DNA of 44,301 bases from Minisyncoccota bacterium (GCA_028702045.1 JAQVPP010000001.1:1-44301); one strand, 5' to 3'. Positions 19,997-31,118 are shown, numbered from the stretch's first letter. The notes: generated by a model not told the origin, from the sequence alone. Made by a program: numbers and translations.

Positions 19997-20973
19997 AAAT
20001 TTCATGACAAACACTAATAAGAGTAGTATTACTCATCTTATTGTGTATAGGTGTCTGATATTTTAAAAATATTCTTCTAGCTGTACTTGCTGCTTTGATT
20101 TTATCAGCCAGCCTGGAAGGCCCAATTAGATTTTTTGAAAAATATAAATTTAAAAGAGGTCTGGCAGTTAGTATTACTTATTTTATGCTCTTACTAGTAA
20201 TAGCATCTGTTTTATATATTTTTATTCCTTTATTGTTTAACAATATAGTTAATTTAGTTTCCGAGTTTCCTCAACTAGCTACTTCAGAAGTTATCAACAT
20301 GGTATCCAAGTATGGAGAACTTAATTACTACCTAACCCAAGGAGGTCTTTTTGAAACAATACTAAATGTATATAAGAATGTATCTTTTATCTTTTCTTCT
20401 ATAGGTACCCTTACTTTAGTTTTCCTTTTCTCTTTTTATTTCTCTATTCAGAAAGATTGATTTAAAAACTTCTTAGCTTTTATGCTAGAAAATAATAAAT
20501 ATAAAAATTATGTTATTGATTTATGACAAAGAAGTGAAAATAAAATGAGAGTTTGGTTATATAGCCAATTAGTTATTAGTTTTTTCGTAGGTGCCTTAAC
20601 AGGTCTTGGTCTTCTAGTAGTAGGTAGTAATTATGCCTTGTTAGGAGGTCTTTTGATGGGAGTACTTGAGTTTATTCCATATATTGGTCCAATACTGGCT
20701 ACTTTGTCCATAGCCTTACTACATATATCTCAAGGCTGAGTTATTTTAGCTTTTGTTTTAGGTGTATCCATTGTTGTCCAATATATAGAAAATTTAATTT
20801 CCCCAATAATCAGAAGCAAACTATTTAAAATGGATCCAGTTATCATTATCTTTGGAATAGCTGTCTTTGGTAAAATAGCAGGTATACTTGGGGTAATTAT
20901 ATCTATTCCACTAATGTATATGATAATGGAGTTCGTACGTGATGTAAAAAAGAAAAAAATTAGTTTTGAATAA
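19984..20973 (+). CDS. AI-2E (PerM/YhhT) family membrane transporter
   Basis: ATG at 19984 is in frame with track ORFs 20095-20460 and 20545-20739. Five in-frame TGA; TAA at 20971-20973. Multi-pass hydrophobic profile with the EFIPYIGP motif. Confidence 0.65.
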
Positions 20974-21410
20974 TGACATACGCAGATAACAAAAAAGCAA
21001 AATTTGACTATCAAATACTTGATGAAATAGAAGCAGGTATAGTTTTAAAAGGATTTGAGGTAGCAGCAGTAAAAAAGAAAATGGTTAGCCTAAAAGGTAG
21101 CTATGCATATTTTCATTTAGGAGAAATGTTTTTGCTCAATATGCACATATCTCCATATCAAATAAAAAATATGCCTAAAGATTATGACCCTACCAGAACC
21201 AGAAAACTACTCCTAAACAAAAAAGAACTTGAAAAAATATATGCCAAAATAAAAGAAATGAACTTTACCCTTATCCCTTTAAAAATTTATTCAAAAAATG
21301 ATATAATTAAAGTACTAATAGGTATATGTAAAGGAAAGAAGAAATATGACAAGCGTGAAACAATAAAAAAAAGAGAATTTGAAAGAAAAATTTTAAAAAA
21401 TTTAAAATAA
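20973..21410 (+). CDS. smpB: SsrA-binding protein SmpB
   Basis: 145 aa. NKKAKFDY, GIVLKGFEV, RTRKLLLNKKE and LIPLKIY are typical of SmpB. Confidence 0.85.
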   Translation: MTYADNKKAKFDYQILDEIEAGIVLKGFEVAAVKKKMVSLKGSYAYFHLGEMFLLNMHISPYQIKNMPKDYDPTRTRKLLLNKKELEKIYAKIKEMNFTLIPLKIYSKNDIIKVLIGICKGKKKYDKRETIKKREFERKILKNLK

Positions 21411-21417
21411 ATAAATT

Positions 21418-22848
21418 ATGGATTTTAAAAGCGATCCAAAAGAAGAGGAGAGACTCTCTTTTGTGCAAAAACATAATCTAGACAGTCAGGAAAATGATGC
21501 TAAGTCTTTAGCTCAAGAATTAGATTTGCCATATATTTATTTATTAAAAACCCAAATACAAACAGACGCACTAAAAGAAGTTTCAAAAGAAACAGCTCAA
21601 AAATTAAAACTCATTTGTTTTAATAAAAGAGGTAGTATATTAGATATAGCCATTGTTAACCTATCTAAAGAAGTCAAGGAGTTGAAGCAAGAACTAGAGA
21701 AAAAAGATTTTGAGATAAATCTATATGTCTGCTCACTTGTTAGTTTTGATTATGCTTTAGAGAAGTATAGTCTAGTACCTAAGGATAGAGAAGTAATCAC
21801 AGGAGAAATCAATATTAGTGACTCAAAATATATTCCATTTAATGATTTAAATGAATTTGATTTGTCTAACTTAACAACTAACTTTGTTCTAAACATTATT
21901 TTAAAAAGTGCCATTTATTCTAATGTATCAGATATCCACATAAACCCTCAAAAAGAATCTTGTCAGATAAAGTTTAGAATAGATGGTTTGTTATATAATG
22001 TTTTAGAATTAAATAAAGAAGAATATACTCAAATCAAAAACAGAATTAAATTGTTAGCTAATTTAAAGATAAATATCTTAAATACTCCTCAAGATGGTAG
22101 GTTCACTATTCTTGATAAAGAAAATTATGAGGTAAGACTTTCATCTATTCCAGGTAACAATGGGGAGATCTTAGTCATGCGTATACTAGATCCAAGCAAG
22201 ATTACTTTAAAATTAAACGATCTAGGTATTAATGATTATGAATTAAAACTAATTAATCTAATTTTAAAATCAACCAATGGCGGAGTATTAGTCACAGGAC
22301 CAACAGGATCTGGTAAGACTACTACCCTATACGCTATGTTAAAGGAAAAATTAAACAAAGGCCTCAATATTACAACCATAGAAGATCCTATTGAATATAA
22401 AATTAAAGAGATAAATCAAACTCAAGTAAATGAGAAACAAGGATATGATTTTGCTAATGGACTAAGGTCTATAGTAAGACAAGATCCAGATATTATACTA
22501 GTAGGAGAGATACGTGATAGGGAGACTGCCCAGATAGCTAGTCAAGCATCACTTACAGGCCACTTACTCCTATCTACACTTCACACAAATGAAGCAGCAG
22601 CTACAATAATGAGGTTAAAGGAATTTGGTATAGACCATGATACCATATCTTCTTTTTTAAGAATAATCATAGCTCAAAGATTATGTAGAAAATTATGCCC
22701 TCATTGTATGGAAAAGTATGTCCCATCACAAGAAGTAAAGAATCAACTAAAGAATATATTAAGCATCTTGTCATACAAGACTGGAATTAATATTCCAGAT
22801 GATATTAAGTACTTATACAGGAGTAAAGGGTGTGAAAAGTGTAATAAT
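21418..22848 (+). CDS. PilB/GspE-type secretion ATPase, unit 1 (reading frame breaks at about 22848)
   Basis: - N-terminal T2SSE_N-like domain.
- Walker A GPTGSGKTTT.
- DPDIILVGEIRD.
- TGHLLLSTLHTN.
- Cys motif CPHC...GCEKCNN.
- Beyond 22848 this frame yields a non-homologous tail (LDTRDKQVFLKFYF...), whereas the -1 frame continues with the expected SRYKGQTGLFEVL. Confidence 0.8.
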
Positions 22849-24344
22849 CTAGATACAAGGGACAAACAGGTCTTTTTGAAGTTCTATTTTTCAACGATAT
22901 CATCAAAGATGCTGTAAAAAATAAAGAATCTTTAGAAAGTTTAAGAAAAATAGCTATAGAAGAAGGTATGATTCCATTAATTCATTCTGGAATCTTAAAA
23001 GCTATAGATGGCCAGACATCTCTTGAAGAAATATATAGAGTTTGTGGTGACATATCTTACGCCGAAGAACTGTATCAAAGCTTATTAGCTGATAAGTTAG
23101 ACAATAAGATAATATTAGATAATGATCTTTACGATAACATCCAAAAAGCATTATCAAATTTTGAAATAATTCAAGATTTAATTTCTAAATCAACTACCAA
23201 AACCATATTCCAAATAATTAATATTTGTGCTTTATTATATAATGCATCTGATATACATATTGAGCCACAAGAGGATAGGATTTCCATTAGATATAGGATA
23301 GATGGAATTTTAACAGACAAATTTACTTTACCAAAAGAAGAATATATTTCATTTGTTTCATACTTAAAACAACTAATTAATTTAGAAACAGATGCAGGTA
23401 ATATCAAAGAGGGCAGATATTCTGTAGAAAAAGATACTAAGACTGACATCAGAGTTTCTATTGTTCCTAGTGGATATGGAGAAACTATTGTTTTAAGATT
23501 CTTAAAAACAAATATAAACCTAGATCTAGACTCACTTGGCTTTGATACAGATGACATAGAAAAGATATATACAGCCAAAAATAATCCATCAGGAATAATA
23601 CTTGCTTGCGGTCCTACATCTTCAGGTAAAACCACTACAATCTACTCTATTTTAAAATTACTTAATGATAAATCCAAAAAGATCTTAACCATAGAAGATC
23701 CTATTGAGTATACAGTAGACAATGTTATTCAAACTCAAGTAGATATAGACAAGGATTACACCTTCTCTAACGCATTAAAGGGGTTTTTACGTCAAAATCC
23801 AGATATTATTCTAGTAGGAGAGATACGTGATAAAGAAACTGCTCAAGTAGCCGTACAGGCATCACTTACAGGTCACTTAATCTTATCTACTCTCCACACT
23901 ATAGATATTTCTTCATCACTTTTACGACTACAAAACTTTGATATTAATAAAGAGGAATTGCTAAATAGTATTAATTGCTTAATTGCTCAACGATTATCAA
24001 GAAGACTATGCCCACACTGTAAAAAGAAAGTATTATTAAATAATTTCCAAAAAGAAAAAATTCAGCAAGTCTTAAACATTACTCCTCCAGAATATATCTA
24101 TGAGGCAGTAGGTTGTGAGCAATGTTCTTTTACAGGGTACAAAGGTCAAATAGGTTTATTTGAAGTATTAGTGCTCAATGATAGTATCAGAAAGCAACTA
24201 ACTCAATCTCTAGAAGATAAAAACTTCAAAGAAACCATTTATTCTCTCACAGATTCTTTATTAAAGGATGCCTTAAATAAATTAATCCAAGGCAACACTG
24301 ATGTTAAGGAAATAGAAAGAGTTTTAGGAAATAAAATATTTTAA
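22848..24344 (+). CDS. continuation of unit 1 C-terminus fused in frame to a second complete PilB/GspE ATPase unit
   Basis: Frame 3 is open from 22848. It reads YKGQTGLFEVL...GMIPLIHSGILKAIDGQTSLEEIYRV (the canonical PilB C-terminus). With no stop, a second unit follows: SDIHIEPQ, GPTSSGKTTT, DPDIILVGEIRD, TGHLILSTLHT, CPHC...GCEQCSFTGYKGQIGLFEVL. Confidence 0.75.
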   Translation, partial: SRYKGQTGLFEVLFFNDIIKDAVKNKESLESLRKIAIEEGMIPLIHSGILKAIDGQTSLEEIYRVCGDISYAEELYQSLLADKLDNKIILDNDLYDNIQKALSNFEIIQDLISKSTTKTIFQIINICALLYNASDIHIEPQEDRISIRYRIDGILTDKFTLPKEEYISFVSYLKQLINLETDAGNIKEGRYSVEKDTKTDIRVSIVPSGYGETIVLRFLKTNINLDLDSLGFDTDDIEKIYTAKNNPSGIILACGPTSSGKTTTIYSILKLLNDKSKKILTIEDPIEYTVDNVIQTQVDIDKDYTFSNALKGFLRQNPDIILVGEIRDKETAQVAVQASLTGHLILSTLHTIDISSSLLRLQNFDINKEELLNSINCLIAQRLSRRLCPHCKKKVLLNNFQKEKIQQVLNITPPEYIYEAVGCEQCSFTGYKGQIGLFEVLVLNDSIRKQLTQSLEDKNFKETIYSLTDSLLKDALNKLIQGNTDVKEIERVLGNKIF

Positions 24345-24345
24345 C

Positions 24346-25251
24346 ATGGCACAAGAAAAATCACAAATAGAAAAAGAGAAAGAATTCAAGCAAAAAAATA
24401 TCATAATTAATTTTGCAGATTATGATTTTGAAGATTTCATTGAAACTTTAGTAGAGATGGCAACTAGTGAAAATGAAGAGCCTTTATCAGTATTAGGTGT
24501 ACCTAAGGCAACTCAGATGGTCCTAGATCGTCACAAGATTTCCGATCAACAAGTTTGAGATAATTTTAAAAAACTTTTAAAAAATACCAAAGTCAATGAC
24601 TTATTGAGATATCAGAAGTTTTTTGATATACAAGATAAAGCATTGCAAGATAATCTAAAAAAAGAAATAATAGACGCTTTTGTTTGTTTAGTAAATAAGG
24701 AAGATCTTATGCATGCTTTAGAGGTTAAGCATTTAATTTCTCAAGAAGATTTTGACAATTTATTACAAAATAAGATAAATGATAAAGTTCAGTCTCTTTT
24801 TGTAAAATATATTCAAACAGGAGAGATGAATCTTTTCGAGAATTTAATCAAAATATTTGATCTACAAGATACAAAGTATATCCCTTTAGACAACACAGAA
24901 TTAGCTTTAAAAGGAATAAGCTCTTGTTTAGATAATTCAAATATGGATGGATTTGTTAAAATAAAAGATACCTTTAAGTTAAGTACTCAAGAAATATTCC
25001 GAAATAATATTTTAAGAGCAAAAGCATTTAAATTATTAGGCAATAACCTAGAGCAAGGGGAGTTTAAGGAATTTAGTAAAAAATATAAACTTTTCCAACT
25101 TGATAAAGACGAGCTCATAAGTGACGATCAACTAAGAGAATCAGCCCTAAAAGGAATAGATAAAAACTTAAAAACCAGCTATAACTCTGCTCAGGCTATA
25201 TTAATAAAAGAATTCTTTAATTTCTCAATGAAAGAATTAGATAAAATATAG
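24346..25251 (+). CDS. hypothetical protein (301 aa)
   Basis: Track ORFs 24346-24558 and 24604-25251 share one frame, joined by a TGA at 24556. Starts 2 nt after the ATPase gene stop. Confidence 0.5.
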
Positions 25252-25331
25252 ATATATATACAGTAGGGCCTAGCCAAAACAAAAAGACAAAAGCCACTAA
25301 AAAATTAATTTTTCAAAACACTAGCTAAATA

Positions 25332-25360
25332 AAAAATCAATAGTATCTATTGATTTTTTT
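25332..25360 (+). terminator. intrinsic terminator
   Basis: AAATCAATAG / CTATTGATTT stem, TAT loop, T-run. Confidence 0.7.
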
Positions 25361-25393
25361 AAAAAACTTTGGTATTTTATTAGTATATAAAAT

Positions 25394-25478
25394 GCCCGAA
25401 TGCTGGAACTGGTAGACAGGACAGACTTAAAATCTGTTGAGATTTATTCTCGTGTGGGTTCGATTCCCTCTTCGGGCA
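25394..25478 (+). tRNA. tRNA-Leu (anticodon UAA), class II with long variable arm
   Basis: Acceptor GCCCGAA/TTCGGGC. Anticodon arm ACAGA-CTTAAAA-TCTGT. T-loop GGTTCGATTCC. CCA is not encoded. Confidence 0.9.
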
Positions 25479-25499
25479 CATTAAAAATAATTTTTAAAA

Positions 25500-26537
25500 A
25501 TGCAAAAACTATTCAAAATATTAATTTTTAGTGTATTGGTCTCAGTGTTTGCATATAATCTTGTAGATGCATATTTCTTGCTTGAAAAAGACTTTTTTTA
25601 TTTTCAAAAAGACGGGCAACCTATAAGTGATCAGGTAGAAATAAAATTAGAGTGCTTTAAAGAACAAGGTGGCACAAAAACAAAACTTAAACATTTTGAG
25701 GCAACTTGCCAGGAATATGGTTGTAGTTTTGATACAACAGGCTTATTTCAGCTTAACTATTCCTCAGATCTTTATAGAAGATGTAGTTTGATACTAACAA
25801 TTAATCAAGAAGAATATTCTATATATAACATTTTATTAAATAATCCTTACGACAACAGGTGTTTTCATCAAAACTGACATACTGGGATTAGTCGTAAGTT
25901 TTATACATATACTCCTGAGTATTTAGCGTGTATAGAAGAACATAAAAAAGAGTTTTATCCAGATGCTACAGAAAACAACAGGGGAGAATTTTTTTGTAAG
26001 AAATATATAGAAGGAGATTATTTAATAAAAACAGATCTATCTACAGAAAAAAATGGGCCATGTTGTCAATCTGGATATGTAATTAAAAACAATATATGCT
26101 ATAAATATCCAAAAATATGAGATCAATGTGTATTAAGATCTGATATAAAGATAAGGGAATGTAAAAAACTACTAAAAGATGTTACAGACAAGATACAAGT
26201 TAGCGAATATGGTGAACCATATCGTGGATGTAGAATTTTTGTAGATATAAGTAAACCAGGTAAAAAAATTAATCTAGACCAAATAGACAAGCAAAGAGAG
26301 CAAGATATATTCCAAAATAGTGTCATGAGTAAAGATACGGCAATAGAGGTAAACATAGAGGAAGTAGAGACAACAACCCAAGCAACAAAAGAAGTAACTA
26401 CCACAAAACAAGAAAGCAAAACACAACCAAGTACTGTACAAACAGAAACGATAGATAAAATCCCAAACAAACCTAGTGGAATAAAACAATTGTTTAGTAA
26501 GTTTGTTAATTTTATAAAACTTTTATTTAACAATTAA
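25500..26537 (+). CDS. Cys-rich secreted protein, unknown function
   Basis: Track ORFs 25500-25877 and 26325-26537 share one frame, with TGA at 25875 and 26118. Signal-like N-terminus, many Cys, and a Thr/Gln-rich low-complexity C-terminal part. Confidence 0.5.
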
Positions 26538-26616
26538 TAAAAATAAAAGTATTCAAAAAAGTTGTATATTTTGTATTTTTTTGGTAAAATATAGAATATT
26601 GAAAAAATAAGAAAAT

Positions 26617-27126
26617 ATGGATAAAAATTATTATAACGACATATACGATCAACATATTAATGAAGTATATAGGTTTGTTTTTTTAAGAACTAATTCACAA
26701 GAAGCATCTCAAGACATATGTTCAGATGTATTTTTTAAGTTTTATAATAGCACAAAAAACAAGCCAGCTAAGTATTTAAAAAATCCAAGAGCCTTTATCT
26801 ATAAGATAGCCAGAAACAAGGTAATAGACTACTACAGAACTAATAAAAAGAATCTATCCTTTGATGATCTAAAGGAAGACTCTGTTATAGAGGATGCTTT
26901 AGTTGATAACTCTTTCGAAGAAAAATTAAATCAAGAAGACTTAAAACAAGTTATCCAAAGAGGTTTGCAACAAATAAAGCCACTATATGCTGATATCATT
27001 ATATATAAGTTTGTTGAGGAATTAAGTAATCAAGAAATATCAAACATCTTAAGCAAAACAGAGAGTAATGTAAGAGTATTAATCCACAGATCACTAAAGG
27101 CCCTAAAAGATAAAATTAAATTTTAA
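26617..27126 (+). CDS. sigma-70 family (ECF-type) RNA polymerase sigma factor
   Basis: 169 aa. Region 2 pattern VYRFVFLRT...DICSDVF...IARNKVIDYYR. Region 4 pattern LSNQEISNILSKTESNVRVLIHRSLKALK. Confidence 0.8.
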   Translation: MDKNYYNDIYDQHINEVYRFVFLRTNSQEASQDICSDVFFKFYNSTKNKPAKYLKNPRAFIYKIARNKVIDYYRTNKKNLSFDDLKEDSVIEDALVDNSFEEKLNQEDLKQVIQRGLQQIKPLYADIIIYKFVEELSNQEISNILSKTESNVRVLIHRSLKALKDKIKF

Positions 27127-27179
27127 AAGATAAAATTTTCATATTTTATCTTTTTTTAAAAAATATAAATAATATCAAT

Positions 27180-28469
27180 ATGTATAAATATAAAATAACA
27201 GAGCTAAACAATGGTTTAAGAATAATAACAGTTCCTAATAAAGATAAAAGAACCTGTCTTTTTAAAATAATTGTAAAAACAGGAGCAGAGTATGAGAAAT
27301 ATGACCAACAGGGTATATCGCATTTTATAGAACATACATTTTTTAAAGGAACCAAGGAGAAAACAAAACAAGAAATATATACAGAAGTAGAGTCTTATGG
27401 AGGAAAGATTAACGGTAGAACAGATAATTTAATTACCCAATATTTCATATGAGCTCCAAGTAGATACCAAAATAACATAATAGATTTATTATCTGATATT
27501 TTCTTAAATTTTAACTATACCAACAAAACTATAGAAGAAGAAAAGGGTGTTGTTTTAGCAGAGATATTAAGAAAAAAAGAAAAAGTTGATTTCAATAATT
27601 CAATATTATTAAGAAAAAGTTTTTTTGGAGAAAGCAATCCAGGTGGCTGACCAACTCTAGGTGATCAAAAAAGTATTAAAAATATGAACAGGGAAATCAT
27701 TGCTAAATATATAAAAGATAATTATATAGCAAGTAATATTGTTATTTTAATGGCAGGAAATATTAATGAAAAACAAGTTATACAAAGAATATCTAGTAAA
27801 TTTAATCATTTGCCACTAGTTAAAAGTAAAAAGAAAAATAAAGTTAAATTTATCAATACAAGTCAAGAGGTTATAATAAATAAAAATCATCAAAAACAAG
27901 TAAAAATTGAAATTTGATTTCCTTTTAAAGATATGTTTTCTGAAGACAAGTATCCAGCAAAACTAATATGTAGTCTTAATAACCACAGAGGTTGAGACAA
28001 AAGTTTAAAATATCAGCTTAGAGAGTTAAATAGTTTAATATACTCTATGAGTATAAGAACAAATTGTTTTTTAGACTATGGATTTTTTTGCATCACAATT
28101 CCAACTGATAAGAATAATATTGAAAAATGTCTAGATATAACCCTAAAACAACTCAATTATTTAAAGAATAATAAAATTGATAAAAAAATAATACAAGAGA
28201 GGGTTACATCTCTAATTAATAATACAGATTTTGCGTTTGATAATTTTTATGAAAGAGCCAAAAACATAGCTGAATCGATAGTTCTAAAGAATAAATATGA
28301 AGAACTAGAGAGTATTATGGAAAAATTTAAAAAAATAAATCAAAATGATTTGCAAAAAGTAGCTAAACAAACATTTAATTTTGATAAAATGAAAATATGT
28401 ATTAGCGGTAATGTAGATAAAAAGGAGACTGTTTCTAAAGTAAAAGAAATTATAAGAAAAAACTCCTAA
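27180..28469 (+). CDS. M16 family zinc peptidase (pitrilysin-like)
   Basis: Three track ORFs share one frame with 4 in-frame TGA. Zinc motif HFIEH (HxxEH) followed by FKGT. Confidence 0.8.
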
Positions 28470-28482
28470 AATATAGTATAAT

Positions 28483-28511
28483 TAATATAAACAAAATAAA
28501 ATAATATTATG
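28483..28511 (+). repeat. 29-nt exact repeat spanning a start codon (copy 1)
   Basis: TAATATAAACAAAATAAAATAATATTATG is identical to 29335-29363. Each copy ends in the ATG of one of two consecutive genes. Confidence 0.8.
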
Positions 28512-29342
28512 AATAATTTTGAAAATCAAGGATCAGCAGGTGAAGAAACAATACAAAAACAAATACAAGATAGTGCTAGACTTCACATAGACCCAGAAAA
28601 AATAGCCTATGATGAAGGCTCTATTGATGAAAATACAATGGCTGTTATTATGGATGTAATGCCAGAAAATTACCAAGTTTTAGAAAAACTAGGACCAAAC
28701 AGTCTAATAGATGGAAATGTTTTACTAGCAGATATTCCAGACCTACAGCTGGAGCAAAACACCATATACACTAAAAATGTAAACCTGATTAGATGTGATG
28801 GTCTTGAGGCTATTCCCGAGGGCAGTGTTTTTGCTAAAGTAGATAAAAATGACAGAACTTCATATATTCTTAATATTCAAAAGTGTAAAAATTTAAAACA
28901 ACTTGCCTCAAGAAGTATGTTTGATTATAAAGTAACAGTGAGTGATTGTCCTTCATTAACATCTTTAGGTCAAAATAATATTTTTCAAGATATGGTGAAA
29001 ATATCAAACTGTTCTGAGATGAGAGAAATAGAGGACAATACTACATTTAGATCATCTGTAATATTGGAAAATTTAGATAACTTTGAGAGTATAGGAGACA
29101 ACATATCTTTATCAGGCGGTATTGAAGTTTCTAATTGTCCTAATCTTAAAAGTATAGACAAACATATTAGACTAGGTGACAAAGTAGTTATTAAGAATTG
29201 TCCTAATCTCACTAATATTTCTCAAGACGTTATATTTACTGAGGGTACTAGTATAGAAATAGATAATATAGATCAATTTAACAGTCAGACAAAAGAAATG
29301 TTGCAAGCATTAGAAACAAAAGGTCTCATTCAAATAATATAA
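28509..29342 (+). CDS. leucine-rich-repeat-like protein with repeated xNC(P/S)xLxxI units
   Basis: Repeats VSDCPSLTSLGQ, ISNCSEMREIED, VSNCPNLKSIDK and IKNCPNLTNISQ recur at roughly 20-25 aa spacing. Confidence 0.5.
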   Translation: MNNFENQGSAGEETIQKQIQDSARLHIDPEKIAYDEGSIDENTMAVIMDVMPENYQVLEKLGPNSLIDGNVLLADIPDLQLEQNTIYTKNVNLIRCDGLEAIPEGSVFAKVDKNDRTSYILNIQKCKNLKQLASRSMFDYKVTVSDCPSLTSLGQNNIFQDMVKISNCSEMREIEDNTTFRSSVILENLDNFESIGDNISLSGGIEVSNCPNLKSIDKHIRLGDKVVIKNCPNLTNISQDVIFTEGTSIEIDNIDQFNSQTKEMLQALETKGLIQII

Positions 29343-29363
29343 ACAAAATAAAATAATATTATG
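29335..29363 (+). repeat. 29-nt exact repeat spanning a start codon (copy 2)
   Basis: Identical to 28483-28511. Confidence 0.8.
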
Positions 29364-30842
29364 TCACTAAAGCAAACTAAGAAATCAATTTTTGATTATA
29401 TAGCCTCCATGAGTTATGGAATAATGAAATTAGTCCGTATTTTAAAAGATAAGGCATTTGCTTTTTATGGGAAAATTCTTTTAAAAGATATTCAAAAAAA
29501 TATGTACATCATAAGCATCACTGGAACTAAAGGTAAGACAACAACTATAGATGTACTTTGTCATATACTCAAAGCTTTAAATATTAAATTTTGTGCATAT
29601 ACTACAAGTTTTGAGATAGTTAATGATAAGAAAACAGATCATGTAGACAAATCATCTTTTTTAAGTAAGCAATCAAGGTCTACTATGCCAGGTAGGGCAG
29701 CAGTACATAAGTTTATCAAAAAAGGATATGATAATGGTGCCAGAGTTGCCATCATAGAATCCACCTCAGTAGGGCTATATCAACATAGGGGTGACTATAT
29801 TGAGTGAGATTTAGCAGGATTCACAAATCTACAACCAGAGCATCTAGAGATGCATGGAAACAGTTTTGAGAAATACAAAAAAGCTAAAGGAATTTTATTT
29901 AGACAACTAGGTAATCACAAGGATAAAAGAATTGAAAATGAAAAAGTCTGCAAAACAATCATAGCTAATCTAGATGATGAAGTATCTGAGTACTTTCTAT
30001 CTTTTTCAGCTAAAGAAAAAATTGGTTTTTGTCTAGATAAAAATATAGAGCAAAAAAGTAAAATTATGGGCATAGATTTATTTAAACCAGATTCTTATCA
30101 AATAGACAATTCTGGAATAAACCTATTCTTTGAAAAAGATAATTTAATCATCAAATCTCCACTACTTGGTAAGTTCAATGCATATAACCTTATGTTAGCC
30201 TACTTAATTGCGTATAAAGTAGTTAATACTTTTAAGCTTGATAATGTAAAAGAGACAATATTAGAGTCAATACAAAATTATCAAGGTCCAGAAGGCAGAA
30301 TGAACTTTCTCAAAACAACAGACGGCCTAACCATAGTAGTTGATTATGCTCACACACCTGATTCTTTAGAAAATGTATATTCCACTCTTCAGAAATTAAA
30401 CTACAACAAAACTATTGGCATATTAGGTTCATGTGGAACTATGTTACGTGCAGTCAATCTACAGGGCATAACCAAGTCAGGAGGAGTAAGAGATATGGGC
30501 AAGCGTAAAGTTATGGGTCAAGTAGTAGAAAAATATTGTGATAAAATTATATTAACTAATGAGGATCCATATGGTGAAAATATTATAGATATTATAAACG
30601 ATATAGCTCAAGGTATAGAGAATAAAGATAAAATAATTAAAATAGAAGACAGGCAAGAAGCAATTAAGCGAGGAATTGATTTATTAGAAAAAGGAGATGT
30701 TCTAGTCATTACAGGCAAGGGCAGTGAAAAATCAATTGCCATAGAAGGAGGCTTGCGCGGAAACCTTATCGAGCAAGAATGAAAGGGTGATTATAATATA
30801 GCCCTAGACTATCTAAAAGAAAAAGATAAAACAATAATATAA
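29361..30842 (+). CDS. Mur ligase family protein (MurE-like)
   Basis: Track ORFs 29361-29807 and 29850-30782 share one frame, with TGA at 29805 and 30780; TAA at 30840-30842. Motifs: ITGTKGKTTT P-loop, FTNLQPEHLEMHG, DYAHTPDSLE. Confidence 0.75.
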
Positions 30843-30868
30843 AAGAGACTTATGTCTCTTTTTTTATT
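30842..30868 (+). terminator. intrinsic terminator
   Basis: AAGAGAC / GTCTCTT stem, TTAT loop, T-run. Confidence 0.7.
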
Positions 30869-30917
30869 ACCTCTTGTATTTTTTTAAAAATTTGGTATAA
30901 TAGAAAGGTATAAAAAA

Positions 30918-30991
30918 GGGCGATTAGCTCAGCTGGTTAGAGCATCTGGTTTACATCCAGGGGGTCAAGGGTTCGAATCCTTTATCGCCCA
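30918..30991 (+). tRNA. tRNA-Val (anticodon UAC)
   Basis: Acceptor GGGCGAT/ATCGCCC. D-arm GCTCAGCTGGTTAGAGC. Anticodon loop TTTACAT. T-arm AAGGGTTCGAATCCTTT. Confidence 0.92.
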
Positions 30992-30995
30992 CATA

Positions 30996-31018
30996 AAAGA
31001 GATTTAATCTCTTTTTTT
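30996..31018 (+). terminator. intrinsic terminator after tRNA-Val
   Basis: AAAGAGAT / ATCTCTTT stem with a T-run. Confidence 0.7.
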
Positions 31019-31050
31019 ATTGAAACTAGTCTTAAAGGTGTTTGAATCTT

Positions 31051-31118
31051 TTGTTGCATTTTGGGGTAGAATCCGCCATGTTGAAATTGACAAATTTAAT
31101 AAAGTATGATATAGTAAT
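31051..31118 (+). promoter_or_regulatory. promoter cassette copy 2
   Basis: GTTGCATTTTGGGGTAGAATCCGCC lies 34 nt upstream of TTGACA (31087-31092), followed by a 17-nt spacer and TGaTATAGT. Confidence 0.55.

Noticed and set aside
22851-22917. Taking the track ORF end (22917) as the true C-terminus of the first PilB-like ATPase, and M22968 as the start of a second independent gene
   Set aside because: The frame-1 tail has no similarity to the family. The -1 frame carries the expected YKGQTGLFEVL...TSLEEIYRV C-terminus. The would-be second gene would begin in the middle of that conserved C-terminal segment.
23171-23635. Long antisense ORFs opposite well-supported genes: 23171-23635, 32017-32589, 41149-41601, 26123-26533, 26274-26489, 20730-21014, 18436-18741, 18787-18981, 17101-17376, 16051-16290, 15189-15455, 27146-27355, 28985-29212, 32882-33082, 33320-33523, 42467-42667 and 16918-17100
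   Set aside because: All fully overlap genes with clear family motifs on the other strand. They have low-complexity Ser/Leu/Ile/Phe-rich products typical of shadow ORFs in AT-rich DNA, and have no start context of their own.
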